From assembly GCA_026985435.1 (NCBI GenBank), contig JALSQL010000012.1, positions 1 through 60,592 of the forward strand: DNA of 60,592 nt. Direction: 5' to 3'. Positions 8,928-18,523 of the stretch are shown piece by piece. The position numbers and the translations under genes are program-made. The notes under the pieces are model-generated. The model saw nothing but the letters and a program-made list of their open reading frames with translations, had not been told where the DNA came from and made no database searches. Positions within the stretch are counted from its first letter, which is position 1, and every line of letters begins with the position of its first letter. The stretch is from Acidilobaceae archaeon. GTDB taxonomy: Archaea; Thermoproteota; Thermoprotei_A; Sulfolobales; Acidilobaceae.

Positions 8928-9656
8928 CTACACCTCCACCCGGGCTAGGGCCTCTAGCACCGCCTCCGCCGCCCTCCTCACGTGGGGCTCCAGCTCCTCG
9001 TGGGGCACCAGCCTCTCCTTCCCCGGGACGACCAGGTTGTCGGAGACCACCAGGAGCGAGGCGGCCCGGAACCCCCTGAGGGCCGCTAGGGTGTAGAGCA
9101 TCGCCACCTCCATCTCCACACACCTAAACCCTAGGCCGGCCAGCCTCCTAGCCATGCCCGGGTCCTCGGCGTAGAAGGCGTCGCTACTATACACCAGGCC
9201 AGCCGAGGCCCTGCCGCGCCTGGATGCCTCCCCGAGAACCGCCAGGGCCAGCTCGGGGTCCGCAGCGGCCGGGGGGCATATGCCCCCGAAGTACTGGCCT
9301 ATCGCGCCGCCCGGGTTGTAGCCGGCCCCCGTGGCGGCTACCATGTCGCCTATATCGAGGCCCTCCACGAGCGCCCCGCACGTGCCGAGCCTCACTATGG
9401 CCCTGGCGCCCAGGGCTGAGAGCTCCTCGAAGACGATGGCGGCGCTGGGGGCCCCAACTCCGTGGACCGCCACGGTGACGGGCACCCCCCGGTAGGTCCC
9501 CGTGTAGACTAGGAACCCCCTCCTCTCGTTGACAAGCCTGGCCCCCTCGAGCATGGAGGCCATCATCCTAGCCCTAGCCGGGTCCCCGACAGCCACAACC
9601 CTCTCGGCAACCTCCCCCGGCCTCGCCACTATATGCTGCGGCTCCCTAGCGCCCAC
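8928..9656 (-). CDS. Nucleoside phosphorylase (PNP/UDP family, DeoD-like)
   Basis: 'VGDPARA', 'HGVGAPSAAIVFEEL', 'RLGTCG', 'SSDAFY', 'VEME', 'VSD'. Confidence 0.9.
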   Translation of the reverse strand: MGAREPQHIVARPGEVAERVVAVGDPARARMMASMLEGARLVNERRGFLVYTGTYRGVPVTVAVHGVGAPSAAIVFEELSALGARAIVRLGTCGALVEGLDIGDMVAATGAGYNPGGAIGQYFGGICPPAAADPELALAVLGEASRRGRASAGLVYSSDAFYAEDPGMARRLAGLGFRCVEMEVAMLYTLAALRGFRAASLLVVSDNLVVPGKERLVPHEELEPHVRRAAEAVLEALARVEV

Positions 9657-9701
9657 CAGCCAGCACCCGCCAACCCCGGGTGGCGCCTGGAATATAGGCG
9701 C

Positions 9702-11006
9702 CTAGACCCGCCCACCGCTACCCCGCCTCCGGCGCCCCCGCCCCCGGGCTAGGAGCCTCGAGAGGGGCAGGCCGACTATCAGCCTCTCTGGGGAGAGCAG
9801 CCTGCTGGCGGCCAGGGTCCAGAGGGCGGCGTGGCCCGCCTGGGCTGCGAGGGCCGCGGCCGCCAGGCCCGGCCTGCCGAACTCGGCGGCGGCCACCGCG
9901 GTGAGGGGCGGGTAGAGCGGGTCTGCGAGCAGCGCGAGGCCCCTCGCGCCTAGGGGTATGATACCCACGAAGACCGCGAAGTAGGGTATGAGTAGGAGGA
10001 ACGCGAAGTAGTTCGCGACCAGCTGGGCGCCCCTCACGTCCTGCGCGCCGAGCCCGAGTATCAGGCCGAGCACCGCCGCCGTGTAGAGGGCCAGGGCCAG
10101 GGCGGCCACTGTGACGGCGCCCGTCTGAGGCGTTAGCCTCAGTGCGGCCTGAACCGCCTCTCCGGGGGCGCCGGCGGCCCTCAGGGTCGAGGTTACCGCG
10201 TGGTAGTAGAAGGCGAAGCCCGCGGTGAAGCTGGCCAGGCCCGCGAGGGCCACCACGAGCACCCCCAGCATCTTAGAAACGACCACGTCGCCCGGGGTGA
10301 CCGGGGACGCTAGGAGCATCTCGAGAGTCTTAGCCTCCCTCTCCATGCCTATGCTTATCGCCCCAACCTGCACCGCCGAGGTGAGCAGGACCAGCACCAC
10401 GACGGGCAGCGTGTACATCGAGAGGAGGTAGGAGCCATACCTCTCAGCGGGTATAGTCTTACCCCACACGCTCAGGTAGCCCTCCACCCTGGCGGGGCTG
10501 GCGAGCAGCTCGGCCGAGACTCCGGGGATGGCCTGCCTGCACCTCTCGGCTATGAACGCCCTCACCACGCCCCTCACAACGCTCGACACCCGGGAGAGGG
10601 CTCCCTGGCCGGCCGGGCTGGGCCCGGGGAGGCTGTAGTAGGCGACCACGCCCACCGGCCTCCCCTGGGTGAGGTTCTCAGCGGCACCAGCCTCAACCAC
10701 CAGGGCCAGCCTATACCCCCCGGCGACCGCCCTCGCCGCGTCCTCCCGGCTGCCCCGCTCTAGGCTCGCGTTCAGGGCGGCCGCCAGGGCCGCTGCTATC
10801 GGCCTATCCTCGGGGGACTCGTAGTACACCACCGCGGGCTGGACCGTCGAGGCCTCCTCGACGGTCTTCTTCACTGCCGCTGCCTGGATGGAGCCCATGA
10901 TGGCCATTATCAGGGCTGGCATGACTATGAGGCCCATCACCACCAGCCTCTCCCTCAGGAGCCCCCGGACCTCCTTCGCCACCAGGGCCCTCCTCGTGCC
11001 CGGCAC
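9702..11006 (-). CDS. ABC-2 type exporter permease (NatB-like)
   Basis: TM, large extracellular loop, then about 5 TM; 'EREAKTLEMLLASPV...SKMLG'. Confidence 0.88.
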   Translation of the reverse strand: MPGTRRALVAKEVRGLLRERLVVMGLIVMPALIMAIMGSIQAAAVKKTVEEASTVQPAVVYYESPEDRPIAAALAAALNASLERGSREDAARAVAGGYRLALVVEAGAAENLTQGRPVGVVAYYSLPGPSPAGQGALSRVSSVVRGVVRAFIAERCRQAIPGVSAELLASPARVEGYLSVWGKTIPAERYGSYLLSMYTLPVVVLVLLTSAVQVGAISIGMEREAKTLEMLLASPVTPGDVVVSKMLGVLVVALAGLASFTAGFAFYYHAVTSTLRAAGAPGEAVQAALRLTPQTGAVTVAALALALYTAAVLGLILGLGAQDVRGAQLVANYFAFLLLIPYFAVFVGIIPLGARGLALLADPLYPPLTAVAAAEFGRPGLAAAALAAQAGHAALWTLAASRLLSPERLIVGLPLSRLLARGRGRRRRGSGGRV

Positions 11007-11012
11007 GGCAGC

Positions 11013-11777
11013 CTACACCCCCACGGCCTTCAGGTAGACCTCCTCGAGCGTCTCCGCCCCGTACCTCTCCATGAGCTCCCCCGGCCTGCCCTCGGCAACG
11101 ACCCTGCCCCCGCTTATGATGTACACCCTGTCGGCGAGCACCTCCATCTCCATAAGGTTGTGGCTAGACACTAGCACAGCCGCCCCCCGCCGGGCCTCCT
11201 CCCTCACTAGCCTCCTGATGGCAACGGCGTGCTCAACGTCTATACCGCTCGTGGGCTCGTCGAGCACCACTATCCTGGGCCTAGTCATCAGGGCGCGGGC
11301 CAGGAGGATCCTCCTCCTCATACCCTTGCTGTACTCGCCCATCGGCCTCTCCAGGTCCTCCAGCGGGAGGCCCGAGATCTCGGCCCCCCTCCTAACCATC
11401 TCCTCGGCCTCCCCGGGGTCCTCAGCGTAGAGGCTGGCGGAGAACCTCAGGAACTCCATGCCGGTCATGTGCTTGTAAACCCCGGCCTCCTCGGGGAGGT
11501 AGCCCAGGAGCCTCCTTAGGCGGGGGCCGCCCCTCCACGGCTCCGAGCCCGCCACCACCACGCGGCCCCTATCCGGCCTCACAAGCCCCACTATGATGCG
11601 CATCGTAGTAGTCTTCCCGGCCCCGTTGGGGCCGGCCAGGCCGACAACCTCCCCCGCGTCGACGTGGAGGCTCACACCCCGGAGGGCGACCACGCCACCG
11701 TAATACCTCTTCCACACGTCATCGAGGACCACGAGACGCTCCAAGAGGGCGCCCCTGGATGTCGAGGCCAGAGGCAT
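11013..11777 (-). CDS. ABC exporter ATP-binding protein
   Basis: Walker A 'GPNGAGKTT', signature 'YSKGMRRR', Walker B 'VVLDEPT', H-loop 'SSH'. Confidence 0.95.
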   Translation of the reverse strand: MPLASTSRGALLERLVVLDDVWKRYYGGVVALRGVSLHVDAGEVVGLAGPNGAGKTTTMRIIVGLVRPDRGRVVVAGSEPWRGGPRLRRLLGYLPEEAGVYKHMTGMEFLRFSASLYAEDPGEAEEMVRRGAEISGLPLEDLERPMGEYSKGMRRRILLARALMTRPRIVVLDEPTSGIDVEHAVAIRRLVREEARRGAAVLVSSHNLMEMEVLADRVYIISGGRVVAEGRPGELMERYGAETLEEVYLKAVGV

Positions 11778-11854
11778 CTCTAATAACCGTTAACAGACTA
11801 GGATAGCCACGCGTGAACCGCCCAGAAACCCGCGGAGGCGCAGAGTGTAGCGTC

Positions 11855-12808
11855 TTACCTGACCCTATACCTCCTGGGGCCACCGGGCTCGTCTATGTGC
11901 TCCACTAGCCCCATCTCCTCCAGCTTCCTCAGCCTCCTGTAGAGTGGGGTCCTGGGTATACGGGTCGCCTCCATTATCTCCTGGGCTGTGGCGGGCCCGT
12001 GGTCCCGGAGGAAGGCTAGGATCGCCTCGTCCCTCTCGTCAAGCCTCGACGCCACGGCCTCAACCGCCGCCCCTCCGCCCCCTCCGCGGCCGCGGTGTGC
12101 AGCCAGGTACCAGGCTGCCCCCGCGGCGGCCGCCGCGGCTAGGGTGAGGGGTGCCAGCCAGGCCGTCGTGCCTCCGCCTCCCTGGGTGGTCTGCCCCTGG
12201 GTTTCGGCCCCGCCGCCTCCGGGGGCGCTGCCGGGGGGTGTGGCCCCTTGGGGTGGGGTTTGGGGCACTATCACGTATTCCACACTGACGTGGCCTGGCG
12301 GTAGGAGTAGCGCTGGGCTGCCGTTGTACAGCGTGGGGGTTACCGTGGTGGGCTCGACGCTTATGGGCACGGCGCCCTCGGGTAGGACTACCAGCGTCTG
12401 GGTGGGGCTCGTGTATTCTAGCCTCCAGTACTGGCCGCTCTTCACCGTCAGGTTGGCGGTTAGGTAGTACACGTGGACGTCGTCCTGGGTGTAGTACGTC
12501 ACGTTAAGCGCCCCGCCAGCCTCCTCCACCGGCAGCACCAGCCCCGACTGCTCGGCCCCATAGTAGATCGGGGCCCCGAGCAGGGGCACCTCGAGGCTCC
12601 CGGGGGCCTCCTGGGGGGTGTAGTAGGTCTCCACGTAGACGTAGCCGTCGGGGTACACCACCAGCGCCAGCCACGGGGCCTCCCGGCCAGCGGCGAGGGC
12701 CGCTGGCGCCTGCAGGGCTGCCGCGGCGAGGGCTAGCAGCAGCGCCGCCCATAGCAGCCGTGGCCGGGGCCCGGTGTTGCCGCTTCTCACCAGGCTCTCA
12801 CCCTGCAA
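11855..12808 (-). CDS. Membrane-anchored protein with extracellular beta-domain and C-terminal winged HTH
   Basis: Signal peptide, beta-rich domain, P/G/T linker, TM helix, then 'LDERDEAILAFL...TAQEIMEATRIPRTPLYRRLRKLEEMGLV'. Confidence 0.8.
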   Translation of the reverse strand: MQGESLVRSGNTGPRPRLLWAALLLALAAAALQAPAALAAGREAPWLALVVYPDGYVYVETYYTPQEAPGSLEVPLLGAPIYYGAEQSGLVLPVEEAGGALNVTYYTQDDVHVYYLTANLTVKSGQYWRLEYTSPTQTLVVLPEGAVPISVEPTTVTPTLYNGSPALLLPPGHVSVEYVIVPQTPPQGATPPGSAPGGGGAETQGQTTQGGGGTTAWLAPLTLAAAAAAGAAWYLAAHRGRGGGGGAAVEAVASRLDERDEAILAFLRDHGPATAQEIMEATRIPRTPLYRRLRKLEEMGLVEHIDEPGGPRRYRVR

Positions 12809-12824
12809 CCCCCCCGGGGCGCCG

Positions 12825-14003
12825 CTACCTGTCGCCCCCTCCCTTATGCCCGCCGCCCCTGCCGGGGCCGTGCCAGCCCATGCCGCCGCCCCAGCCCGGG
12901 CAGGGGCACCAGCCGCCGGGGCCGCGGTTGCCGTGCTCGTGGCCTCCGTGGAGGCCCGCTGCCACGCTGGCCATGAGCTGGGGCCAGTAGCCAGCCATGC
13001 CCCTGACCTGGTCGAGGGCCGAGGCCAGCGTGTCTCTAGCCTGGCCGACCAGCTCCAGGGCTAGGGTGTCGTTGCCGGCCTCCAGCGCGTCCCTGGCCTG
13101 CTGTAGTAGCTGGCCAGCCGCCTGGAGTGCCGTGGCTAGCGTGTTGAGCGGCTCCGTGTACCATGTAACCATCACGTGGGGCCTCGCCTGCAGCCTAACC
13201 GCCAGCCGGAGCGCCGCGTCGACCCTGGCTATCGCCTCGTCGAGGGCCTGGCTGGCGTTCGGCGACCCGGAGGCTATAGCGTCGTACGACTCGTTAACCG
13301 CCTCCAGGGCGTTGTAGGCCGCCCTAACAAGGCCCGCGAGGCCGCCCTGCATGTGCACCGCGGGCCTGGCGGTCCTGTAGAACTCGCTAGTGGCGGCCCC
13401 GATGAGCCGCACCGCCTCGTGGAGCAGGCGCGCCGCGCCGGTGACGTTGCCCTCCTCTAGAGCGGCCCTAGCCTGTGCGAGTAGCTCCTGGGACTGGTTC
13501 AGCTTCTCTATGACGCCGCCCAGGTTGTACTCGCCAGCCAGAGCCATGGCCTCCTCGAGGAGGAGCTCCACGTGCCTCTCGTGGACCTCAATGGCGGCCT
13601 CGAGGGCTGCCCCCGACCCGTTCGCCGCCCCGGGGCCGGCCTGGCCGCCCAGCATGCCAGCCTGCTGGAGGGCAGCCACCGCCTGGCGAGCGGCGCCTAG
13701 GAGCAGCTGGAAGGCGCCGGTCTCGTTGCCCTCGCTGGCCAGCGCCTCGGCCCTGGCTAGCGTCTGGTTCAGCTGGGCCGCCAGGCTCACATTAACACTA
13801 TTTAACATGTATACCAGTATCTCAACCCTACCCTCCAGGGCCTCCAGGGCCCTGGCGCCTGCCTCGACCCGGGCCCCGCCCCCGGTGCTGCCGGGCCCCG
13901 CCGCGCCCGCTAGGGGCGCGAGGGCCGCGAGGGCTACCAGGGCCAGCATCGCGGGGGCCCAGATGCGTGGCCTAACCAGCCGCACGCCCTGCCACACCTC
14001 CAC
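12825..14003 (-). CDS. Secreted Ala/Leu-rich helical-repeat protein, function unknown
   Basis: Signal peptide, repeated 'A..AL..GNxT.A..LL', Gly/His/Trp-rich tail with CPC. Confidence 0.7.
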   Translation of the reverse strand: MEVWQGVRLVRPRIWAPAMLALVALAALAPLAGAAGPGSTGGGARVEAGARALEALEGRVEILVYMLNSVNVSLAAQLNQTLARAEALASEGNETGAFQLLLGAARQAVAALQQAGMLGGQAGPGAANGSGAALEAAIEVHERHVELLLEEAMALAGEYNLGGVIEKLNQSQELLAQARAALEEGNVTGAARLLHEAVRLIGAATSEFYRTARPAVHMQGGLAGLVRAAYNALEAVNESYDAIASGSPNASQALDEAIARVDAALRLAVRLQARPHVMVTWYTEPLNTLATALQAAGQLLQQARDALEAGNDTLALELVGQARDTLASALDQVRGMAGYWPQLMASVAAGLHGGHEHGNRGPGGWCPCPGWGGGMGWHGPGRGGGHKGGGDR

Positions 14004-14125
14004 CCCTCCAGGGGGCCCTCATACCTCTTGAGGCACGCTCCCGGGACCGGGGCGGCACGGGCCCCGGGACTGGCTAGGGGATATAGGGGCCAGCAGCCCT
14101 GGCCGGGCTTGTGGGGCTGGGCGCC

Positions 14126-14662
14126 ATGCCGAGGGCCCTGATAATAACTGGGGAGGGCTTCGAGGACATCGAGCTGCTCTACCCCTACTACAGGCTTCTC
14201 GAGGCGGGGTTCGAGGTTGTCATAGCCGCCCCGTCGAGGGGTAGGGTTAGGGGCAAGCACGGCTACGAGGTCGAAGCCGACCAGGCCCTCGACGAGGTCG
14301 ACCCTGCATCCTTCGACGTGCTAGTCCTGCCGGGCGGGAGGGGCCCCGAGCGGGCCCGCGTGCACCCCAGGGCGGGGGAGGTTGTGGCCCATTTCATCGA
14401 CTCAGAGAAGCCCGTGGCGGCGATCTGCCACGGGCCCCAGCTCCTGATAACCGCTAGGAGGGTGAGTGGTAGGAGGCTGACCAGCTACTGGGGTATAAGG
14501 GACGACCTCGTGGTGGCGGGCGCTGAGTGGGTTGACGAGCCGGTCGTGGTCGATGGGAACCTGGTTACTGCCAGGTACCCGCCCGACATACCCTTCTGGA
14601 TGAGGGAGTTCTTCCGCCTCCTCGAGAGGAGGGGCCTCCTGAAGCCCTACCCCGAGGGCTGA
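14126..14662 (+). CDS. pfpI: PfpI/DJ-1 family deglycase/protease
   Basis: 'GFEDIEL', 'LPGGRGPE', nucleophile elbow 'AICHGPQ', 'VVVDGNLVTAR'. Confidence 0.93.
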   Translation: MPRALIITGEGFEDIELLYPYYRLLEAGFEVVIAAPSRGRVRGKHGYEVEADQALDEVDPASFDVLVLPGGRGPERARVHPRAGEVVAHFIDSEKPVAAICHGPQLLITARRVSGRRLTSYWGIRDDLVVAGAEWVDEPVVVDGNLVTARYPPDIPFWMREFFRLLERRGLLKPYPEG

Positions 14663-14665
14663 GGG

Positions 14666-15262
14666 CTAGTAGGGGGGCTCGCCTAGCCCCCACATCCTGA
14701 GGCTCTCCCTCCTCTTTATCTCCCTCATGAGCCTCTCGATGTGCCTGTAGACTGTGCTGTGCATCCTACCCTCCACCAGCATCTCGACGGCCTCCTTGGC
14801 GGCCATCGCCCGCTCGTACTCCCCTATTATTGCCACGTGGTAGTCCCCAACAACCATGTCGACGCCTGTCATCTGCTCTATCGTCTTCCTAGCCCTCCCG
14901 CCCTCCCCTATTATCCTCGCCTTCACCCTCCTCAGGTGGTTGGGCGCGTCGCCCACCCTCTGCTTTAGGTCTACCACGACTAGAACTTGGTCCTCGTCGA
15001 GGAGGCGGAGCGCCTTCTCGAGGGGGAACCCCAGGGCTATCGCCTTCACGACCTCCGCCGCCTTCATAACGTTTATCGGCGGCGTCGCGGGGGACTCGGG
15101 CTCGACTATGACGAGCGAGTTCTCCGAGTCCACGGTTAGCACCGTCCCGGTGCGCCTCATTATCTCGAGCTTGTTCCTGCCACCCTCGCCTATGACGGCC
15201 CCCAGCCTCTCGGGGGGCACCCTCACGTACATCCTAGGCCTCACCGGCTGCCCTTCAGGCAT
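14666..15262 (-). CDS. KH-domain ribosome biogenesis protein (Dim2/Pno1)
   Basis: Two GxxG KH loops ('VIGEGG','IIGEGG'), 'VKAIALGF', 'GRMHSTVY'. Confidence 0.92.
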   Translation of the reverse strand: MPEGQPVRPRMYVRVPPERLGAVIGEGGRNKLEIMRRTGTVLTVDSENSLVIVEPESPATPPINVMKAAEVVKAIALGFPLEKALRLLDEDQVLVVVDLKQRVGDAPNHLRRVKARIIGEGGRARKTIEQMTGVDMVVGDYHVAIIGEYERAMAAKEAVEMLVEGRMHSTVYRHIERLMREIKRRESLRMWGLGEPPY

Positions 15263-16038
15263 TCCAGCAGCTCACCCCGCAGCTCACCCAGGCCCGGGGG
15301 CTCGGCCCCCAGTAGGCCCCTGTAGAAGGAGGCGATATTACGGATGTCCCTCTCCAGGAACTCGGCCGCGTGTGGGTGGCCGTGGCTAACGGCCTGGGCG
15401 ACGTCTATGACCCACACGCCCCCCCTCCAGACTATGAGGTTGTACTCGCTCAGGTCAGCGTGGACCAGCCTGGCCCTGCACACGATCCCGCGTAGCTGCT
15501 CCACAGTGTCGCGCCACAGCTCCAGGATCTCCCCCCCAGCGGCCTCGCGGGCCGCCTCCACCAGGAGGGGGGCCCGGTAGCCCTCCTCCCCCAGGAACTC
15601 CATCACGAGTACGTTACCCTGGAAGGCGAGGGGCTCGGGGACCCTCACCCCGGCCTCCCGTAGCCTCCTCAGGTTCCTGAACTCCTTCCTAGTCCACTCG
15701 TAGATCAGCCTCCTGAAGTTCCCCGAGGGTATGCGCTCGAACCGCGGGTCCCCCAGGATGTACTTGCGTATGCTCTTCCGGAACTCCGCCGTGAAGGACA
15801 GGTATATCTTGACAGCTAGCTCGCGGCCCCCGCGGCCCCGGGCCCAGTAGACCCTCGCCTCCTTCCCGGCGCTCACCACGCCCCGGAGCTCCCTTATCAC
15901 GCCCTTGGCTATGAGCCTCTCAACGTGCCCCATTGTTATGGGGTCGAATACCTCCTCGACAGTCTTGAGTAGGTCCCTATCCTTGACCCTCTCATCCTCC
16001 TCGCGGGCCCTCCTGAGCCAGCGGGCCCTCCTCCTCAT
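15241..16038 (-). CDS. rio1: RIO1 serine kinase
   Basis: 'SAGKEARVY', 'AVKIY', 'LVHADLSEYN', 'IDVAQAV'. Confidence 0.95.
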   Translation of the reverse strand: MRRRARWLRRAREEDERVKDRDLLKTVEEVFDPITMGHVERLIAKGVIRELRGVVSAGKEARVYWARGRGGRELAVKIYLSFTAEFRKSIRKYILGDPRFERIPSGNFRRLIYEWTRKEFRNLRRLREAGVRVPEPLAFQGNVLVMEFLGEEGYRAPLLVEAAREAAGGEILELWRDTVEQLRGIVCRARLVHADLSEYNLIVWRGGVWVIDVAQAVSHGHPHAAEFLERDIRNIASFYRGLLGAEPPGLGELRGELLECLKGSR

Positions 16039-16406
16039 AGCTCCTCTCCAACCTCCTCGAGGAACTCCTCCGGCAGCACCCCCGTCTCTATCAGCTTCCT
16101 CACCTCATCCCTAGCATACCTGTAGACGACCTCGCCCTTCTCCACGTCTGCGTCCTTGCGGTCCCTGACCCCCCAGGGTAGGAGTAGTATAACGTCGCCC
16201 TCGTGCATCCAGACCCGGCGTCTCATCTTGCCCGGTATCCACGCCTTGTACACCTTGCCGTCGGTGCACATCGCCTCCACCCAGCCAGCGCCTAGGACCC
16301 TCTGGATAACGCAGAGTATCGTGCCCTCCTCCTCGCTGGGTAGGGGGACCTCCTTCTTCCCGCCCTCGCCCTCTCTCCTTCTACCGCCCCTCCTTCGGGC
16401 CATCAC
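16035..16406 (-). CDS. eif1a: Translation initiation factor aIF-1A
   Basis: 'CTDGK...IPGKMRRRVWMHEGD', conserved position before rio1. Confidence 0.93.
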   Translation of the reverse strand: MMARRRGGRRREGEGGKKEVPLPSEEEGTILCVIQRVLGAGWVEAMCTDGKVYKAWIPGKMRRRVWMHEGDVILLLPWGVRDRKDADVEKGEVVYRYARDEVRKLIETGVLPEEFLEEVGEEL

Positions 16407-16437
16407 ACGCCACCGGGGGGCTGGGGGGCTGCGGCAG

Positions 16438-17544
16438 TTAATAGCCGGTCTCCTCCACAGTCCCGATTATGTAGAGCCTGCGGCCGGCGAGGAATGCCCT
16501 GTACAGGCCCCCCTCAACCAGCCTTCCCGTGTAGACGTGCACGTACTCGCCGGGGTACTCTAGGACCCTCTGGTACCCGGTGTCGGCGTCTAGGAACACG
16601 TAGGTGCCGCCGCTCCTGCTGAGGAGCATAACCCTCCTCTCGGGGGCCCCGCCGGGGTGCGGCCTGAAGCCCCTCTCCCAGAGGGTCTCGGCGTCTAGCT
16701 CGAAGTGGGTCCCGCTCCTCATGTCGACGAATAGGCCGCCCCTCCTGCTCCTGCCGAGGTAGAGTGCCTCCCTGCCGCCTACCAGCAGGACCTGCCCGGG
16801 CTCTATGTCGGGTATCCTAACGGATATCGTCAGCCTCCCCCTCCTCTTCCCGTCGGGCCTCCTGCCGACTAGCTTGTAGGTGTCTATGGTTCTCCCCATG
16901 AAGGCTGCCCTCAGCTTCCCCGCTATCATCCTGGCCGAGGTGTGGTCTAGGACGTAGAGGTCGACCCCCTCCCTTACCTCGTCAATCTTGATTATGGCCT
17001 CGCGGAGCCTCCCGTCCAGGCCCCCTATGAAGTCTAGAACCTCGCCCCTAAGCCTGTCGCTGAGCCTCCCACCCGAGCCCCTCACCTGAACTATGGCCTC
17101 GTAGCCCCTCTCGGTTATGCGGGCCGTGCAGGCCGGGCAGACCGCGGCGTCGACCTTGGCCTCGACTACTAGCTCCTGCGTGAGGCCGACGCCCTCCCTG
17201 CTCCTGCCTGCCACCGTGACGAGCAGCCTGTAGATGCCCGGGCCGTGGAAGGGCCTCTCCAGCCTAACGTCCTCAACCCACGCCTCCTCCACGTCCCTCG
17301 TCGGCCTGAGCCTCCTACTCAGCACCATATGGGCGTACTCCACCAGCGTGTCCTCGACCGTGTCTAGCCCCCTGTTCCAGCCGCCCTGGTAGCGGTAGGC
17401 CCCGCAGTACTGGCAGTAGACGAAGTGTATCCTCCCGGGCAGCCTGGCCACGCCGACCTCCCTGATGTAGCAGTCCCTGCAGAGGCCGCCGACGAAGGGC
17501 ACCTCGCTGCTGCTCCTCCCGCACACGGGGCAAACCCTAGCCAT
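16438..17544 (-). CDS. nmd3: Nmd3 family ribosome biogenesis protein
   Basis: Four CxxC pairs, 'YEAIVQVRG', 'GVDLYV', 'TISVR'. Confidence 0.9.
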   Translation of the reverse strand: MARVCPVCGRSSSEVPFVGGLCRDCYIREVGVARLPGRIHFVYCQYCGAYRYQGGWNRGLDTVEDTLVEYAHMVLSRRLRPTRDVEEAWVEDVRLERPFHGPGIYRLLVTVAGRSREGVGLTQELVVEAKVDAAVCPACTARITERGYEAIVQVRGSGGRLSDRLRGEVLDFIGGLDGRLREAIIKIDEVREGVDLYVLDHTSARMIAGKLRAAFMGRTIDTYKLVGRRPDGKRRGRLTISVRIPDIEPGQVLLVGGREALYLGRSRRGGLFVDMRSGTHFELDAETLWERGFRPHPGGAPERRVMLLSRSGGTYVFLDADTGYQRVLEYPGEYVHVYTGRLVEGGLYRAFLAGRRLYIIGTVEETGY

Positions 17545-17638
17545 GACTCTCAGGCACCCGCGCCAGCCGCCGGGAGACCGGGGTGCCGAGGCCTATAACG
17601 CTCGCCGCCCGCCGGGGCGCTCGGGGTGCTGTCGGGGC

Positions 17639-18520
17639 TTGAGGGTGGCGGTGCTTGGCGCTGGCCTGATGGGCTCCGCCGCCGCGGAGAGGCTGGCCTC
17701 CGAGGGCTTCAGCGTGATAGTCTGGAGCCGCACTAGGGGGAAGGCTGAGAGTCTCGCTGAGAGGCTTGGGGTCGAGGCGGCGCCCAGCGTGGAGAGGGCT
17801 CTCGACGAGGCGGAGGCTGCCATAGCCTTTCTAGCGGACGACGAGGCCCTAATATCTGTGGCCTCCCAGGTCAACCGGGCCGACGGCCTGGTCTTCGTGG
17901 ACTCCTCCACCGTGACGCCCGAGACCGCCTCGAGGGTCGGGGAGTACCTTGAGGGCCGGGGGGCCTGCTACGTGGAGGCCCCGGTGCTGGGCGGCCCCAG
18001 GGTCGTTAGGGAGGGGAGGCTGACAGTGATAGCCGCCGGCCGCGGTCTCTGCAAGAGGATGGCCGCGCCGCTCCTTGGGGCCCTCGCCGCCAGGGTTGTG
18101 GACGCCGGGGAGGACCCGCGGGTCGCGCAGGCCCTCAAGCTCGCCTACAACCAGGTCCTCATATCCAGCCTCGCCCTGCTCTCGGAGGCCCTGGCCACGG
18201 CGCGCTCCTACGGTGCAAGCCTGGACCTGCTCGAGAGCGTGTTCGAGGGCACGGCCCTCGAGGGGCTGGCGGCCAAGTACCTCCGGAGGCTGGCCGCCGA
18301 CGAGTGGCCCACCAGCTTCCGCCTCGAGCTGGCCGCCAAGGACCTCGACTACGCCAGGCGCGCCGCGTGGGCCCGGGGGCTCGCCGCCCCCGTGACGAGT
18401 GCCGCGGCCGAGGTCTTCAAGCTGGCCGCCAGGTGGGGGCTGGGGGACGGCGACTACTCCCGGGTGCGGTTTTTCATAGAGGGGGGCGGCGGCGCTAAAT
18501 CCTCCCAGCGGCCCGGCTAG
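17639..18520 (+). CDS. NAD(P)-dependent beta-hydroxyacid dehydrogenase (3-hydroxyisobutyrate DH family)
   Basis: 'VLGAGLMG', 'VDSSTV', 'EAPVLGG', catalytic 'LKLAYN', 'AKDL'; start moved to TTG 17639. Confidence 0.9.
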   Translation: MRVAVLGAGLMGSAAAERLASEGFSVIVWSRTRGKAESLAERLGVEAAPSVERALDEAEAAIAFLADDEALISVASQVNRADGLVFVDSSTVTPETASRVGEYLEGRGACYVEAPVLGGPRVVREGRLTVIAAGRGLCKRMAAPLLGALAARVVDAGEDPRVAQALKLAYNQVLISSLALLSEALATARSYGASLDLLESVFEGTALEGLAAKYLRRLAADEWPTSFRLELAAKDLDYARRAAWARGLAAPVTSAAAEVFKLAARWGLGDGDYSRVRFFIEGGGGAKSSQRPG

Positions 18521-18523
18521 GGT

